The translations under genes and the position numbers were made by a program. Below, piece after piece: positions 1 through 8,854 of a DNA stretch of 64,000 nucleotides; the first letter of the stretch is position 1; each line of letters opens with the position of its first letter. Origin of the DNA: Solirubrobacteraceae bacterium (GTDB taxonomy: Bacteria > Actinomycetota > Thermoleophilia > Solirubrobacterales > Solirubrobacteraceae); contig JAUXSD010000344.1 in NCBI GenBank assembly GCA_030681525.1, forward strand, positions 1,342 to 65,341, given 5' to 3'. The notes below the pieces were generated by a model, which saw only the letters and a list, made by a program, of their open reading frames with translations, was not told the DNA's origin and did no database searches.

Positions 1-1227
1 TCGGTCTGGTTCGACGCCGACGCCGAGGTCTCGGCGCGGTCGGAAGCGCCGTTCGAGCCGACCGAGCCGGGCACGGTGCTCGAGGACGACGCCCTGTCGC
101 GGGACGCCGCGCCGCCGCCGCCGGCGGAGCCGCCGCCACCGCCGCCCGGGTCGTCGCCGGCCGGCTCGCCGGCGTCGGGCTCGCCCCGGAAGCGGATCCC
201 CGTCGGCGCGCGCGTGCTGCTCGGCCTCGCCGCGCTCGGCAGCGTCATCGCGCTGGCGCTCGTGCTCCTCGGCGGGGATGGTGACGACACGGAGCGCGCC
301 GACCGCCCGACATCGCCCCGAGCGGGAACCGACGCGAACGCCGGACCCTGGCGCGAGATCGGCGCCGCGCCGACGGCACGCCAGCAGGTCGCGACGGCCG
401 TGGTCGACGGCCGCATCTGGGTCGTCGGCGGCCTCGTCGGGACGAAGAAGGCCGCCGCGACGAACCGCGTGGAGTCCTACGATCCGACGATCAACTCGTG
501 GAGCAGCGCGACGCCGCTGCCGCGCCCGCTGCATCACGCCACCGCCGTCGCCTACCGCGGCGAGCTCGTCGTGATCGGCGGCTGGGAGCCGAAGGGCTCC
601 AACCTCACCGCCGTCGCGTCGCGCGAGGTCCTCGCGCTGCGCGACGGGCGCTGGGTGCGCTACGCGCCGCTGCGCCATCCGCGCGCCGCGGCGGCCGCGG
701 CGGTCGTCGACGACAAGATCGTCGTCACCGGCGGTCAGGCCGACGGCAAGCTCGTCCGGCAGACGGAGTTCCTGCCCGGGGGCGTCGTGTGGAAGCAGGG
801 CGCGGACCTGCCGACGCCGCGCGAGCATCTCGCGGTGGCGGCGGACGAGGACGGCCGCTTCCTCTACGCCGTGGGCGGGCGCGACCTGTCGCCCGACAGC
901 AACACGCGCGCGCTCGAGCGCTACGACATCCGCGACGACCGCTGGACGAAGCTTCCGAGCATGCCGGTCGCCAGCGGCAGCCTCGGCGCGGCGTTTCTCA
1001 AGGGCCGGGTCGTCGCGATCGGCGGCGAGACCTCGACGGGCGTGATCAAGAGCGTGCAGTCCTACGGCGTGAAGTCCCGGCGCTGGTCGCAACTCGCCGC
1101 GCTGCCGACGCCCCGCCACGGGCTCGGGGTTGCCGCCCTCGGCGACACGCTGTACGCGATCGGTGGCGCGCTCGGCGCGGGGCATCTCGCGTCGACCGAC
1201 AAGGTCGAGGGCCTCGACCTGCGGTGA
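1..1227 (+). CDS. Membrane-anchored Kelch-repeat (beta-propeller) protein, 5' end outside the window
   Basis: Frame 1 is open from base 1 with G/C-ending codons, so the listed GTG at 76 is probably internal. The product has a Pro-rich linker, one TM helix (VLLGLAALGSVIALALVLLGG), then six Kelch-like blades (RIWVVGG, ELVVIGGW, KIVVTGG, FLYAVGGR, RVVAIGGE, TLYAIGGA). Confidence 0.75.
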   Translation, partial: SVWFDADAEVSARSEAPFEPTEPGTVLEDDALSRDAAPPPPAEPPPPPPGSSPAGSPASGSPRKRIPVGARVLLGLAALGSVIALALVLLGGDGDDTERADRPTSPRAGTDANAGPWREIGAAPTARQQVATAVVDGRIWVVGGLVGTKKAAATNRVESYDPTINSWSSATPLPRPLHHATAVAYRGELVVIGGWEPKGSNLTAVASREVLALRDGRWVRYAPLRHPRAAAAAAVVDDKIVVTGGQADGKLVRQTEFLPGGVVWKQGADLPTPREHLAVAADEDGRFLYAVGGRDLSPDSNTRALERYDIRDDRWTKLPSMPVASGSLGAAFLKGRVVAIGGETSTGVIKSVQSYGVKSRRWSQLAALPTPRHGLGVAALGDTLYAIGGALGAGHLASTDKVEGLDLR

Positions 1228-1325
1228 GCGCGGCCGGGTAACCGGAAGGTGGTGTGCGAGGGCGGGCGATCGGCCGGCTTGTCACAAAGCCCGCAGACGT
1301 CGTGTCTGCCTAGACTCGACGCCTC

Positions 1326-2291
1326 ATGCCACCGAGTTTCTGTCGCCACAACCGCTTTCTCCAGAACTGCCCGATCTGCAGTCCCGCCGCCACGAAGGCG
1401 CCGCCCGCGGCCCGCCGCCAGCCTGGCTCGGCCCCCACGCGCAGCACGCGGACCGGCACGCGGCCGGGCCGCAGCAGCGCCGTCCGCGTGCGCCAGCTGC
1501 ACCAGGCGGCCGACGACGGCTACCGCTCCGAGCTCGTCACCGGGATCAAGGCGACCGTCGACGCCGAGCGCCTGGCCGGCGAGCTGGCCTTCGCCACCGC
1601 GCGCCTGGCGGAGCTCGCGGTCGATCCGCCGGGGTTGTACGCCGACATCCTGCTGCTGGCGGACGAGGACCTCGAGGAGGCGCTGTGGCTGGCCTGGCTC
1701 ACCGCCTACGTCGGCCCGCGGCCCGACGGCGACGACGATCCCTTCGCCGACGTGCGCGCCGCGCACGTGCCGTGGGCATCGGGTGAGCTGCCGCGGCTCG
1801 ACGTGCAGCGCGGGCCACGCGGTGCGCTGGACCCGGCGTCCGGCGAGCGCACGATCCTGGCCTATCGCGCCTGGGTCAAGCGCGCCGGCAGCCAGCATGC
1901 CGCGATCGCCGGCGAGCCGTCATGGACGCCCGAGCGGCGCTTTGACCGCACCTTCGAACGCCTCGCCCTGCCCGGCATGACCCGCGACGCGCGCTACGAG
2001 CTGCTCGTCTCGCTCGGGCGGCTGGGCGTCGTGGAGCTGCGCCCGTCGTCGCTGCAGTTCGGCGACGGCGACACGACGATCGCCGCCAAGCGCGTGTTCG
2101 GCATCGGCGACAAGATCCTGCTCGAGCGCCGGGCCAGGACGCTGGCCGAGGCGACGGACGTGCCGATCGAGGCGCTGGACCTGGCGCTGTTCAACTGGGG
2201 GGCGCGCGGCGGAGCTCGCGCGACGTACGGCTCGCGCGCCGTGGTGGCCGACGAGCAGCGCGCGGCGATCGCCGACGTCCTGGGCGTCTGA
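1326..2291 (+). CDS. Hypothetical protein with an N-terminal Cys-rich (zinc-ribbon-like) motif
   Basis: 321-aa ORF with strong G/C third-position bias. The N-terminus reads CRHNRFLQNCPIC. I recognise no family by eye. Confidence 0.6.
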   Translation: MPPSFCRHNRFLQNCPICSPAATKAPPAARRQPGSAPTRSTRTGTRPGRSSAVRVRQLHQAADDGYRSELVTGIKATVDAERLAGELAFATARLAELAVDPPGLYADILLLADEDLEEALWLAWLTAYVGPRPDGDDDPFADVRAAHVPWASGELPRLDVQRGPRGALDPASGERTILAYRAWVKRAGSQHAAIAGEPSWTPERRFDRTFERLALPGMTRDARYELLVSLGRLGVVELRPSSLQFGDGDTTIAAKRVFGIGDKILLERRARTLAEATDVPIEALDLALFNWGARGGARATYGSRAVVADEQRAAIADVLGV

Positions 2292-2387
2292 GGGCACGCG
2301 CACTCGCACGTGCGTCCAGGCCGCGCGTGGCGTGGCTGGTCTTCGGGGATCCCCAGGCCGATGCGTCTCGTGAAGCCAAGGAAGGCA

Positions 2388-2651
2388 ATGAAGATGAACC
2401 CGCGTGTGAAGCTGCTCAAGGAGCTCGTCAACAGCGAGCTGTACGTCATCGACCACCTCGCCGTCGCCGATGCCATCCTGCTGCGCGCGATGACGCGGCA
2501 CATGCTGCCCGACATGGCGTTTCGCGGTACGCCGCGCCCGCAGCCCGAGGTGCGGTCGTTTCGCCCGCATCGCGGCGCGAAGTCGTTTCGCCTGACGCGC
2601 GCCGAGCGCCGGCCGCTGCATCGCGGTCGCGCCGTGGCCGTCACCGCCTGA
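2388..2651 (+). CDS. Small basic protein with a FlgM-like (anti-sigma-28-like) helix motif; function tentative
   Basis: High GC3. An AAGGAAGG Shine-Dalgarno-like run lies just before ATG 2388/2394. The segment NPRVKLLKELVNSELYVIDHLAVADAILL resembles the FlgM sigma-binding motif (..I..G.Y.VD...IA..LL). It lies directly upstream of a sigma-factor gene on the same strand. Confidence 0.4.
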   Translation: MKMNPRVKLLKELVNSELYVIDHLAVADAILLRAMTRHMLPDMAFRGTPRPQPEVRSFRPHRGAKSFRLTRAERRPLHRGRAVAVTA

Positions 2652-2772
2652 CGCGACCGCGAAAAGTCCGCAAAGAGCGTGCTTCTTCACTGGCGCAAGG
2701 GGCGAACTTCGTCATACGCTGCCTAGTGAGGGCAGTGGGTCCGATCGGGGCCCGGAGCGGGGGAGGCCCGCG

Positions 2773-4065
2773 TTGGACGAGGGGCAGGTACGCGGACGGC
2801 TGGGTGGGGACGTGGAGCAGATCATCCTGCGGACCGTCGCTGCGCATGCCGACTCGCTGCTGCGCACGGCGCGCCGGTTCTCGCTGTGTCCCGACGACGC
2901 GCAGGACGCCTATCAGCGCACGCTGGAGATCTTCATGGCGCACGCCGACCGGCTCGACCTCGAGTCGGCCGCGGGCTGGCTGCACGTCGTCGTCAAGCGC
3001 GAGGCGCAGGCGATCTGCCGCTCGCGGGGGCGCTGCGTCGCGTCCGACGCCGTCGACTTGGACGCCTACGAGGCGCGCTGCGCCCCCACCAGCGACGAGC
3101 GACTGGCCTCGTTGGATCGGGTCGGCCGAGCGGCCGAGGCGTTGCAGCGCCTCAAGCCGCAGGAGCTGCGCGCGCTCTGGCTGAAGGCCCAGGGCCACAG
3201 CTACAACGAGATCTGCGCGCTCACCGGCTGGTCGTACACGAAGGTCAACCGCTGCCTGACCGAGGGCCGGCGCAGCTTCCTGACGCGCTACGCGACGATC
3301 GAGTCGGGCGCCGAGTGCGAGCGCTGGCTGCCCGTGCTGTCGGCGATGGTCGACGGCGAGGCGCCATCCGAGGAGGTGGTCGCGCTGCGCCCGCACCTGC
3401 GCAACTGCCCCGGCTGCCGCGCCACGCTGCGCACGCTGCAGACGAGCGCCGAGCCGCTGGCGGCGGTGCTGCCGATCCCGCTCGCCGGCGCGGTCGTCAC
3501 CGGCGAGGATCCGCTGACGCACTTCATCACCCGCGTCTACGAGACGATCGTGGGTGGCGTGCACGAGCGCGCGATCCATTCGTTCACCAAGGCGCAGACC
3601 GCCGTCGAGGCGGCGTCGGCCGGCAAGCTCGCCGCGGTCGCGGCGTCCGCCGCCGCCGTGGCGGGCGGCGGCTACGCGACCGTCGAGCGCACGGTTCCGG
3701 CGGTCCGCGGTCACGACAAGCCGGCGAAGGTGATCTCCCGCGAGCCCGTCAGCGATCCGAGCCCGACTGTGCCGGTGGCGACCTCCTCGCCGCCGGCCGC
3801 GCGCAACGCCGCGCCGGGCAAGACGACCAAGCCGGCCAAGCGCCCCCGCGCGGAGTTCGCTGCCCCGGTGCGCCGGGCGAAGACCACGTCGCCGGAGTTC
3901 GCGACATCCGGCGCGCAGGCCACCCAGTTCACGCGCGCCGCCGCCGTCGACTCGAGCGCGGCCGCCGCGCCTTCGCGTCCGTCCACTCGGTCCACTCCGT
4001 CCCCGCCGCCGCCTCGGGCGCCCGAGTTCGGCGGGGCCGCCGCCGCGCCCGAGTTCGGCGGTTGA
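2773..4065 (+). CDS. ECF-type sigma-70 factor fused to a zinc-finger anti-sigma (ZAS, HxxxCxxC) domain, a TM-like segment and a Pro/Ala-rich tail
   Basis: Region 2 ([26 protein letters not shown]) and region 4 HTH ([36 protein letters not shown]) are both present. They are followed in the same polypeptide by [16 protein letters not shown]...[18 protein letters not shown] run sits 7 nt before the TTG start. Confidence 0.8.
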   Translation: MDEGQVRGRLGGDVEQIILRTVAAHADSLLRTARRFSLCPDDAQDAYQRTLEIFMAHADRLDLESAAGWLHVVVKREAQAICRSRGRCVASDAVDLDAYEARCAPTSDERLASLDRVGRAAEALQRLKPQELRALWLKAQGHSYNEICALTGWSYTKVNRCLTEGRRSFLTRYATIESGAECERWLPVLSAMVDGEAPSEEVVALRPHLRNCPGCRATLRTLQTSAEPLAAVLPIPLAGAVVTGEDPLTHFITRVYETIVGGVHERAIHSFTKAQTAVEAASAGKLAAVAASAAAVAGGGYATVERTVPAVRGHDKPAKVISREPVSDPSPTVPVATSSPPAARNAAPGKTTKPAKRPRAEFAAPVRRAKTTSPEFATSGAQATQFTRAAAVDSSAAAAPSRPSTRSTPSPPPPRAPEFGGAAAAPEFGG

Positions 4066-4093
4066 GCGCAGCCCCTGCACTACCCTCGACGCC

Positions 4094-5140
4094 ATGATCG
4101 AGCGGCTCGTCGAGCAGATCGAGGTGCGCTTCGCCGACGCTTCGCGCACGATGTCCGACCCCGACATCTTCGGGGATCGCAACCGCGCGGCCGCGGCCGG
4201 GCGGGCCTACCGGCAGCTCGAGCCGGCGGCCAAGCTCGCCGAGGAATGGCGCCGCGCCAAGGACGACGAGGCCGGCGCGCGCGAGATGCTCGAGGAGGGC
4301 GAGGATCCCGAGGTGCGCGAGATGCTGCAGACCGCGCGGACCGAGATCGAGCGCCTCGAGCAGGAGATTCGCCTGGCGATGGTCGAACGCGACCCCAACG
4401 ACGACAAGAACGTCATCGTCGAGATCCGCGCCGGTGCGGGCGGCGACGAGGCGAGCATCTGGGCCGGCGACCTGTTTCGCATGCTCACGAAGTACGCCGA
4501 GCGGCGCGGCTTCAGCGTCGAGGTGCTCGAGGCCTCCGAGGGCGCCTACACGTTCGCGATCAAGGGCGACAGCGCGTACTCGGTGTTCAAGTACGAGGGC
4601 GGCACGCACCGCGTGCAGCGCGTGCCGGCGACCGAGTCCCAGGGCCGCGTGCACACCTCGACGGCGACGGTCGCCGTGCTGCCCGAGGTCGAGGACGTCG
4701 ACGTCGCGATCGACCAGAACGACCTGCAGGTCGACGTCTACCGCTCGTCCGGGCCCGGCGGACAGTCGGTCAACACGACCGACTCCGCGGTGCGGATCAC
4801 GCACAGGCCGACCGGGATCGTCGTCTCGATGCAGGACGAGAAGTCCCAGCTGCAAAACCGCGAGCGGGCGATGCGCGTGCTGCGCGCGCGCCTGTACGAC
4901 GCCGCGCTCGCCGAGCAGCAGGCCGAGCTGGCCGCCGACCGCCGCTCGCAGGTCGGCACGGGGGAGCGCGCCGAGAAGATCCGCACGTACAACTACGGCG
5001 AGCGGCGCGTGAAGGACCACCGCATCAACCTGCTCGTGCACAACCTCGACGAGGTGCTCGAGGGCGCGCTTGACGAGTTCACGGAGGCGCTGCAGAACGA
5101 CGAGAAGCGGCGCGTCCTGGAGCTGCAGGCGACCGCGTAG
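4094..5140 (+). CDS. prfA: Peptide chain release factor 1
   Basis: GGQ motif ([20 protein letters not shown]) and the RF1-type PAT tripeptide ([10 protein letters not shown]). Followed by prmC. Confidence 0.97.
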   Translation: MIERLVEQIEVRFADASRTMSDPDIFGDRNRAAAAGRAYRQLEPAAKLAEEWRRAKDDEAGAREMLEEGEDPEVREMLQTARTEIERLEQEIRLAMVERDPNDDKNVIVEIRAGAGGDEASIWAGDLFRMLTKYAERRGFSVEVLEASEGAYTFAIKGDSAYSVFKYEGGTHRVQRVPATESQGRVHTSTATVAVLPEVEDVDVAIDQNDLQVDVYRSSGPGGQSVNTTDSAVRITHRPTGIVVSMQDEKSQLQNRERAMRVLRARLYDAALAEQQAELAADRRSQVGTGERAEKIRTYNYGERRVKDHRINLLVHNLDEVLEGALDEFTEALQNDEKRRVLELQATA

Positions 5141-5146
5141 GGGTCT

Positions 5147-5998
5147 GTGGCGGTGAGCGCGTTCGGCGGCGCCTCGGTGCGGGAGGCGCTCGACTCGGCC
5201 GTCATCGCGATCGCGGCGGCGGGGTCAGACACCCCGCGGCTGGACGCCGAGGTGCTGCTGGCGGACGCACTGGGCGTGGATCGCACCGCGCTGTTCGTGG
5301 ATCCGGCGCGCGAGGTGAAGGGGCCCGCGGTGCGGGCCTTCCAGGACGCGGTGCGGCGCCGCTCGGCCGGCCGTGAGCCGGTCGCGTACATCACGGGGCG
5401 GCGCGGCTTTCGCCACCTCGAGCTCGCGGTGGACGCCCGGGTGCTCGTGCCGCGGCCGGAGACCGAGCTGCTCGTGGAGATCGGCATCGAGTCGCTGGCG
5501 CAGGGGGCGCGGGTCGTCGACGTCGGGACCGGCAGCGGCGCGGTGGCGCTGGCGCTCGCGCAGGAGCGACCGGACCTCGAGGTGCTGGCCACCGACTCGA
5601 GCGCCGGCGCGCTCGACGTCGCGCGGGCCAACGCGGCGCGGCTGGGGCTCGACGGGGCGGTCACGTTCTTGACGGGCGACCTGCTCGCGGGCGTGGGTGA
5701 GGTCGATGCCGTGCTGTCCAACCCGCCGTACGTCGCCGAGCGCGAGCGCGCGGCCCTGGCGCCGGAGATCACCCGCCACGAGCCGCCGGGCGCGCTGTTC
5801 GCCGGCGAGGACGGCCTCGATGTCATCCGCCGCCTCGTGCCGGCCGCCGCGGACGCGGGCGCGCGGCTGCTGGCGGTCGAGGTGGGGGAGGGGCAGTCCG
5901 ATGCCGTCGCCCAGCTCATCCACCTGGCCGGCTTCGTGGCCGTCCACGGGCGCCGCGACCTGGCGGGCATCGAGCGCGTCGTGGTCGGTAAGCGATGA
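5147..5998 (+). CDS. prmC: Release-factor glutamine N5-methyltransferase (HemK/PrmC)
   Basis: NPPY motif (VLSNPPYV) and SAM-binding VDVGTGSGAVAL. Positioned after prfA. Confidence 0.9.
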   Translation: MAVSAFGGASVREALDSAVIAIAAAGSDTPRLDAEVLLADALGVDRTALFVDPAREVKGPAVRAFQDAVRRRSAGREPVAYITGRRGFRHLELAVDARVLVPRPETELLVEIGIESLAQGARVVDVGTGSGAVALALAQERPDLEVLATDSSAGALDVARANAARLGLDGAVTFLTGDLLAGVGEVDAVLSNPPYVAERERAALAPEITRHEPPGALFAGEDGLDVIRRLVPAAADAGARLLAVEVGEGQSDAVAQLIHLAGFVAVHGRRDLAGIERVVVGKR

Positions 5999-6588
5999 CG
6001 CGCAAGTTCGAGGCGTGCATCGCCGGCGGCGGCGTCGCGGTGTTCCCGGCCGACACCGTCTACGGCCTGGCCTGCGACCCGACGTCGCGCGCGGCGGTGG
6101 CCCGGCTGTACGCGCTGAAAGGCCGGCCGGCCGACAAGCCGGCGGCCGTCATGTTCTTCTCGCTGGAGCGCGCGCTGGCCGCGCTGCCCGAGCTCGGCCC
6201 GCGCACCCGAGCCGCGCTCGAGGCGCTCCTGCCGGGCGCGGTCACGCTGCTGCTGCCCAACCCCCTCGCGCGCTACCCGCTCGCCTGCGGGCACGACCCG
6301 TGGACGCTCGGCCTGCGCGTGCCCGCCCCGGGCGTGCTCGCGGACGTGAGCGTGCCGGTCATGCAGTCCAGCGCCAACCTCTCCGGCGGTGCCGACCCGC
6401 GCTCGGTCGAGGAGGTCGACCGCGCGGTGCGCGACGGCGCGGACCTCGTCGTCGACGGCGGGCCGCTGCCGGGCACGCCGTCGACGGTCGTCGACCTGCG
6501 CGCGTACGGCAGCCACGGGGCGTGGGAGGTGCTGCGCGAGGGCGCGGTCGCTCGCGATGACGTCGGCGCCGCGCTCGGCACGCGCTGA
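5995..6588 (+). CDS. tsaC: L-threonylcarbamoyladenylate synthase, short YrdC/TsaC type
   Basis: VFPADTVYGLACDP and LYALKGRPADKP motifs. ATGA overlap with the prmC stop. Same position as the Sua5-like gene in the mycobacterial prfA-hemK cluster. Confidence 0.85.
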   Translation: MTRKFEACIAGGGVAVFPADTVYGLACDPTSRAAVARLYALKGRPADKPAAVMFFSLERALAALPELGPRTRAALEALLPGAVTLLLPNPLARYPLACGHDPWTLGLRVPAPGVLADVSVPVMQSSANLSGGADPRSVEEVDRAVRDGADLVVDGGPLPGTPSTVVDLRAYGSHGAWEVLREGAVARDDVGAALGTR

Positions 6589-6594
6589 ACCCGT

Positions 6595-7128
6595 CTACCA
6601 GACGTCCGCGTCGCGCCAGTCGGCGGTGATCTCCGCCGTGAGGTCGAGCTCGACGGACACCGGCAGCACGTAGATCCCGCCGTCGTCGTCGGGCGTGCGC
6701 TCGATCCCGCGCGGCGTCAGCGCCGACGACGGTCCCTGCCAGAGCTGCCAGCCGCGCGCCGCGTAGAAGCCCATCGCCATGTCGGTGCTGCCGAGCGCGC
6801 CGAGGTCGTAGGCGCCGCGGATGACGCGCTCGATCTCGTCCAGCAGCGCGGCGGCGACACCGCGACGGCGGCGGTCGGCGCGCACGCCGACGCCCTCGAC
6901 GTAGCCCGTGCGCAGCGCCCGGCCGCCGAGCCACAGCCGCCGCTGGATGACCGACGCGTGGCCGATCAGCACGTCGTCCTCCCAGGCCAGCGCGTGGATG
7001 CCGCCGAGCGCGTGCTCCCAGTCGTCGTCGGTCATCTCCCCGCAGAAGACGTCGTCGAGCAGCGCCCGCGCCGCGCGCAGAACCACGGGCTCGACGTACG
7101 CGGTGTGGGCGGTCGCGATCTTCACCAT
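6595..7128 (-). CDS. GNAT acetyltransferase resembling aminoglycoside 2'-N-acetyltransferase AAC(2')-I
   Basis: 177 aa with full-length family resemblance: GYVEGVGVRADRRRRGV, GALGSTDMAMGFYAARGWQLW, RTPDDDGGIYVLP and a C-terminal DWRDADVW. Confidence 0.75.
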   Translation of the reverse strand: MVKIATAHTAYVEPVVLRAARALLDDVFCGEMTDDDWEHALGGIHALAWEDDVLIGHASVIQRRLWLGGRALRTGYVEGVGVRADRRRRGVAAALLDEIERVIRGAYDLGALGSTDMAMGFYAARGWQLWQGPSSALTPRGIERTPDDDGGIYVLPVSVELDLTAEITADWRDADVW

Positions 7129-7140
7129 GCGGCGAATACC

Positions 7141-7581
7141 ATGCCAGGCATGCGCATCGCAATCGCTTCAGACCATGCCGGGTTCGAGCTCAAGGAGCAC
7201 GTCAAGGCGCAGCTTCAGAGCGCCGGCCACGACGTCGTCGACGTCGGTCCCGAGACCGACGAGTCGACCGACTACCCGACCTACGCCCGGCCCGCGGCGC
7301 AGCTCGTCGCCGACGGCGACGCCGAGCGCGGCGTGCTCGTGTGCGGCTCCGGTGTCGGCGTCTCGATCGTCGCCAACAAGGTGCCGGGCGTGCGCGCGGT
7401 CAACGCCCACGACCCAGAGGAGGCACAGCTCTCACGCGCCCACAACGACGTCAACGTCGTGACGCTCTCCGGTCGCCGCATCGACCCGCCCACCGCCGAC
7501 GCGATCGTGCAGGCGTTCATCGAGGGCGAGTTCGAGGGCGGCCGTCACTCGCGCCGGGTCGCGGCGATCGAAGGCGACTGA
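7141..7581 (+). CDS. rpiB: Ribose-5-phosphate isomerase B
   Basis: MPGMRIAIASDHAGFELKEH... and GSGVGVSIVANK motifs. Start taken at the in-frame ATG 7141 inside the listed ORF 6958..7581. Confidence 0.9.
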   Translation: MPGMRIAIASDHAGFELKEHVKAQLQSAGHDVVDVGPETDESTDYPTYARPAAQLVADGDAERGVLVCGSGVGVSIVANKVPGVRAVNAHDPEEAQLSRAHNDVNVVTLSGRRIDPPTADAIVQAFIEGEFEGGRHSRRVAAIEGD

Positions 7582-7693
7582 GCTTCAGCGAGCGAACAGC
7601 GGTCGCGCGGCGGCGTTGGGGAAAGCGTCGGCCAACGACATCTCTGAGCGCGTGAGTCCCTGCGGGCGAGAGCGTCCGTTCCCCGGCCGGCGT

Positions 7694-7736
7694 CCTGGTC
7701 GGTTCGTTCATGTGGGGCATGAATAGACCGACCAGG
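7694..7736. repeat. 19-bp-stem palindromic hairpin (loop TGGGG) between convergent genes; related copy at 20354..20394
   Basis: CCTGGTCGGTTCGTTCATG-TGGGG-CATGAATAGACCGACCAGG folds with 16 Watson-Crick pairs, 2 G-U pairs and 1 mismatch by hand. It shares the core CTGGTCG..T.CATG-loop-CATGAA.AGACCGACC.GG.CTCGG with the second copy. Confidence 0.6.
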
Positions 7737-7804
7737 TCTCGGACGGAAGGCGTCGCGTGCGACCCCACGCCGGCCCCGGTGCGCCGGCCGCGACCCGCAC
7801 ACCC

Positions 7805-8854
7805 TCAGAGATGTCGCTCGCGATCGCCTGAGCGACCGCCGGCGCCAGCCGCCACCGCCCGCTCCAGCACCGCCGCCATCCGCGCCGCCTGCAAACGGAC
7901 GTCGTGCTCCGCCGCCGCCTCGCGCGCTGCCGGGTTCGGCGACGGCAACGCCGCCGCCCGCGCCAACGCGTCCGTCAGCGCGGCAGCATCGCCCGGCGCC
8001 ACCAGCACGCCGGCTGCGGGCGTGACGAACTCCGGCGGACCGCCCTCGGTGGTCGCCACGACGCTGCGCGCCATCGCCATTCCCTCGAGCGCGGCCTGAC
8101 CGAACGGCTCGGCGAGCGACGGCTGGCAGAGCACGTCGCAGGCCGCGATCCAGTCGGCCACCTCGGCGTGCGGCACTCGCCCGGCGAGCTGCACGCCGGG
8201 CCGGCCCTCCAGGCGCGAACGCAGCGGCCCGTCGCCGACGAACGCCAGGCTGCCGCGCCCGAAACGCGCGAACGCGTCGGCCAGCTCGACGACCGCCTTG
8301 CGCTCGATGAGCGAGCCGACGGCGAGGAACGCCGGGCCCTCCGCGCCCCACCCCACGCGCGCCCGCGCCACCTCCGCCGCGCGCGGCGCGAAGACCGACA
8401 GGTCGACGCCACAGTCGATGATCGCGACGTCACCGCGCACGTCACCCAGGCGGCCCGCCAGCCAGCGCGAGTTGCAGATCACCGCCGCGGCACGGTTCGT
8501 CACGACCCGCGTCGCGCGCGCCAGCACGGCCGAGCGCCGCGCGTTCTCGACGTCGGTGCCATGCGCCATCACGACGAGCGGCACGCGCGCCGCCGCCGCG
8601 GCCGCCATCCCCGCCGCCCCCGCCGGGAAGAGGAAGTGCGCGAACACCACGTCGGGCCGAAACCGCCGCGCCGCGACCACCGACGACCCGCTCAACCGCG
8701 CGTACTTCAGCGGGCTTCCGCCACGCCGGTCGATCGCAGAAACCTCGACGTCGTGCCCGAGCGCCCGCAGCTCGCGCACGATGTCGAACACGAACACCCC
8801 GAGATCCGGATCGGCCGGACCGGGCCACATCTGCGTCACGAGCAGGATCCTCAT
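7805..8854 (-). CDS. Glycosyltransferase, GT4 (group 1) family
   Basis: Starts MRILLVTQMWPGP at an internal ATG of the listed ORF. C-terminal E-x7-E region EPFGQAALEGMAMARSVV. The ATG overlaps the stop of the upstream asnB-like gene (ATGA). Confidence 0.85.
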   Translation of the reverse strand: MRILLVTQMWPGPADPDLGVFVFDIVRELRALGHDVEVSAIDRRGGSPLKYARLSGSSVVAARRFRPDVVFAHFLFPAGAAGMAAAAAARVPLVVMAHGTDVENARRSAVLARATRVVTNRAAAVICNSRWLAGRLGDVRGDVAIIDCGVDLSVFAPRAAEVARARVGWGAEGPAFLAVGSLIERKAVVELADAFARFGRGSLAFVGDGPLRSRLEGRPGVQLAGRVPHAEVADWIAACDVLCQPSLAEPFGQAALEGMAMARSVVATTEGGPPEFVTPAAGVLVAPGDAAALTDALARAAALPSPNPAAREAAAEHDVRLQAARMAAVLERAVAAGAGGRSGDRERHL

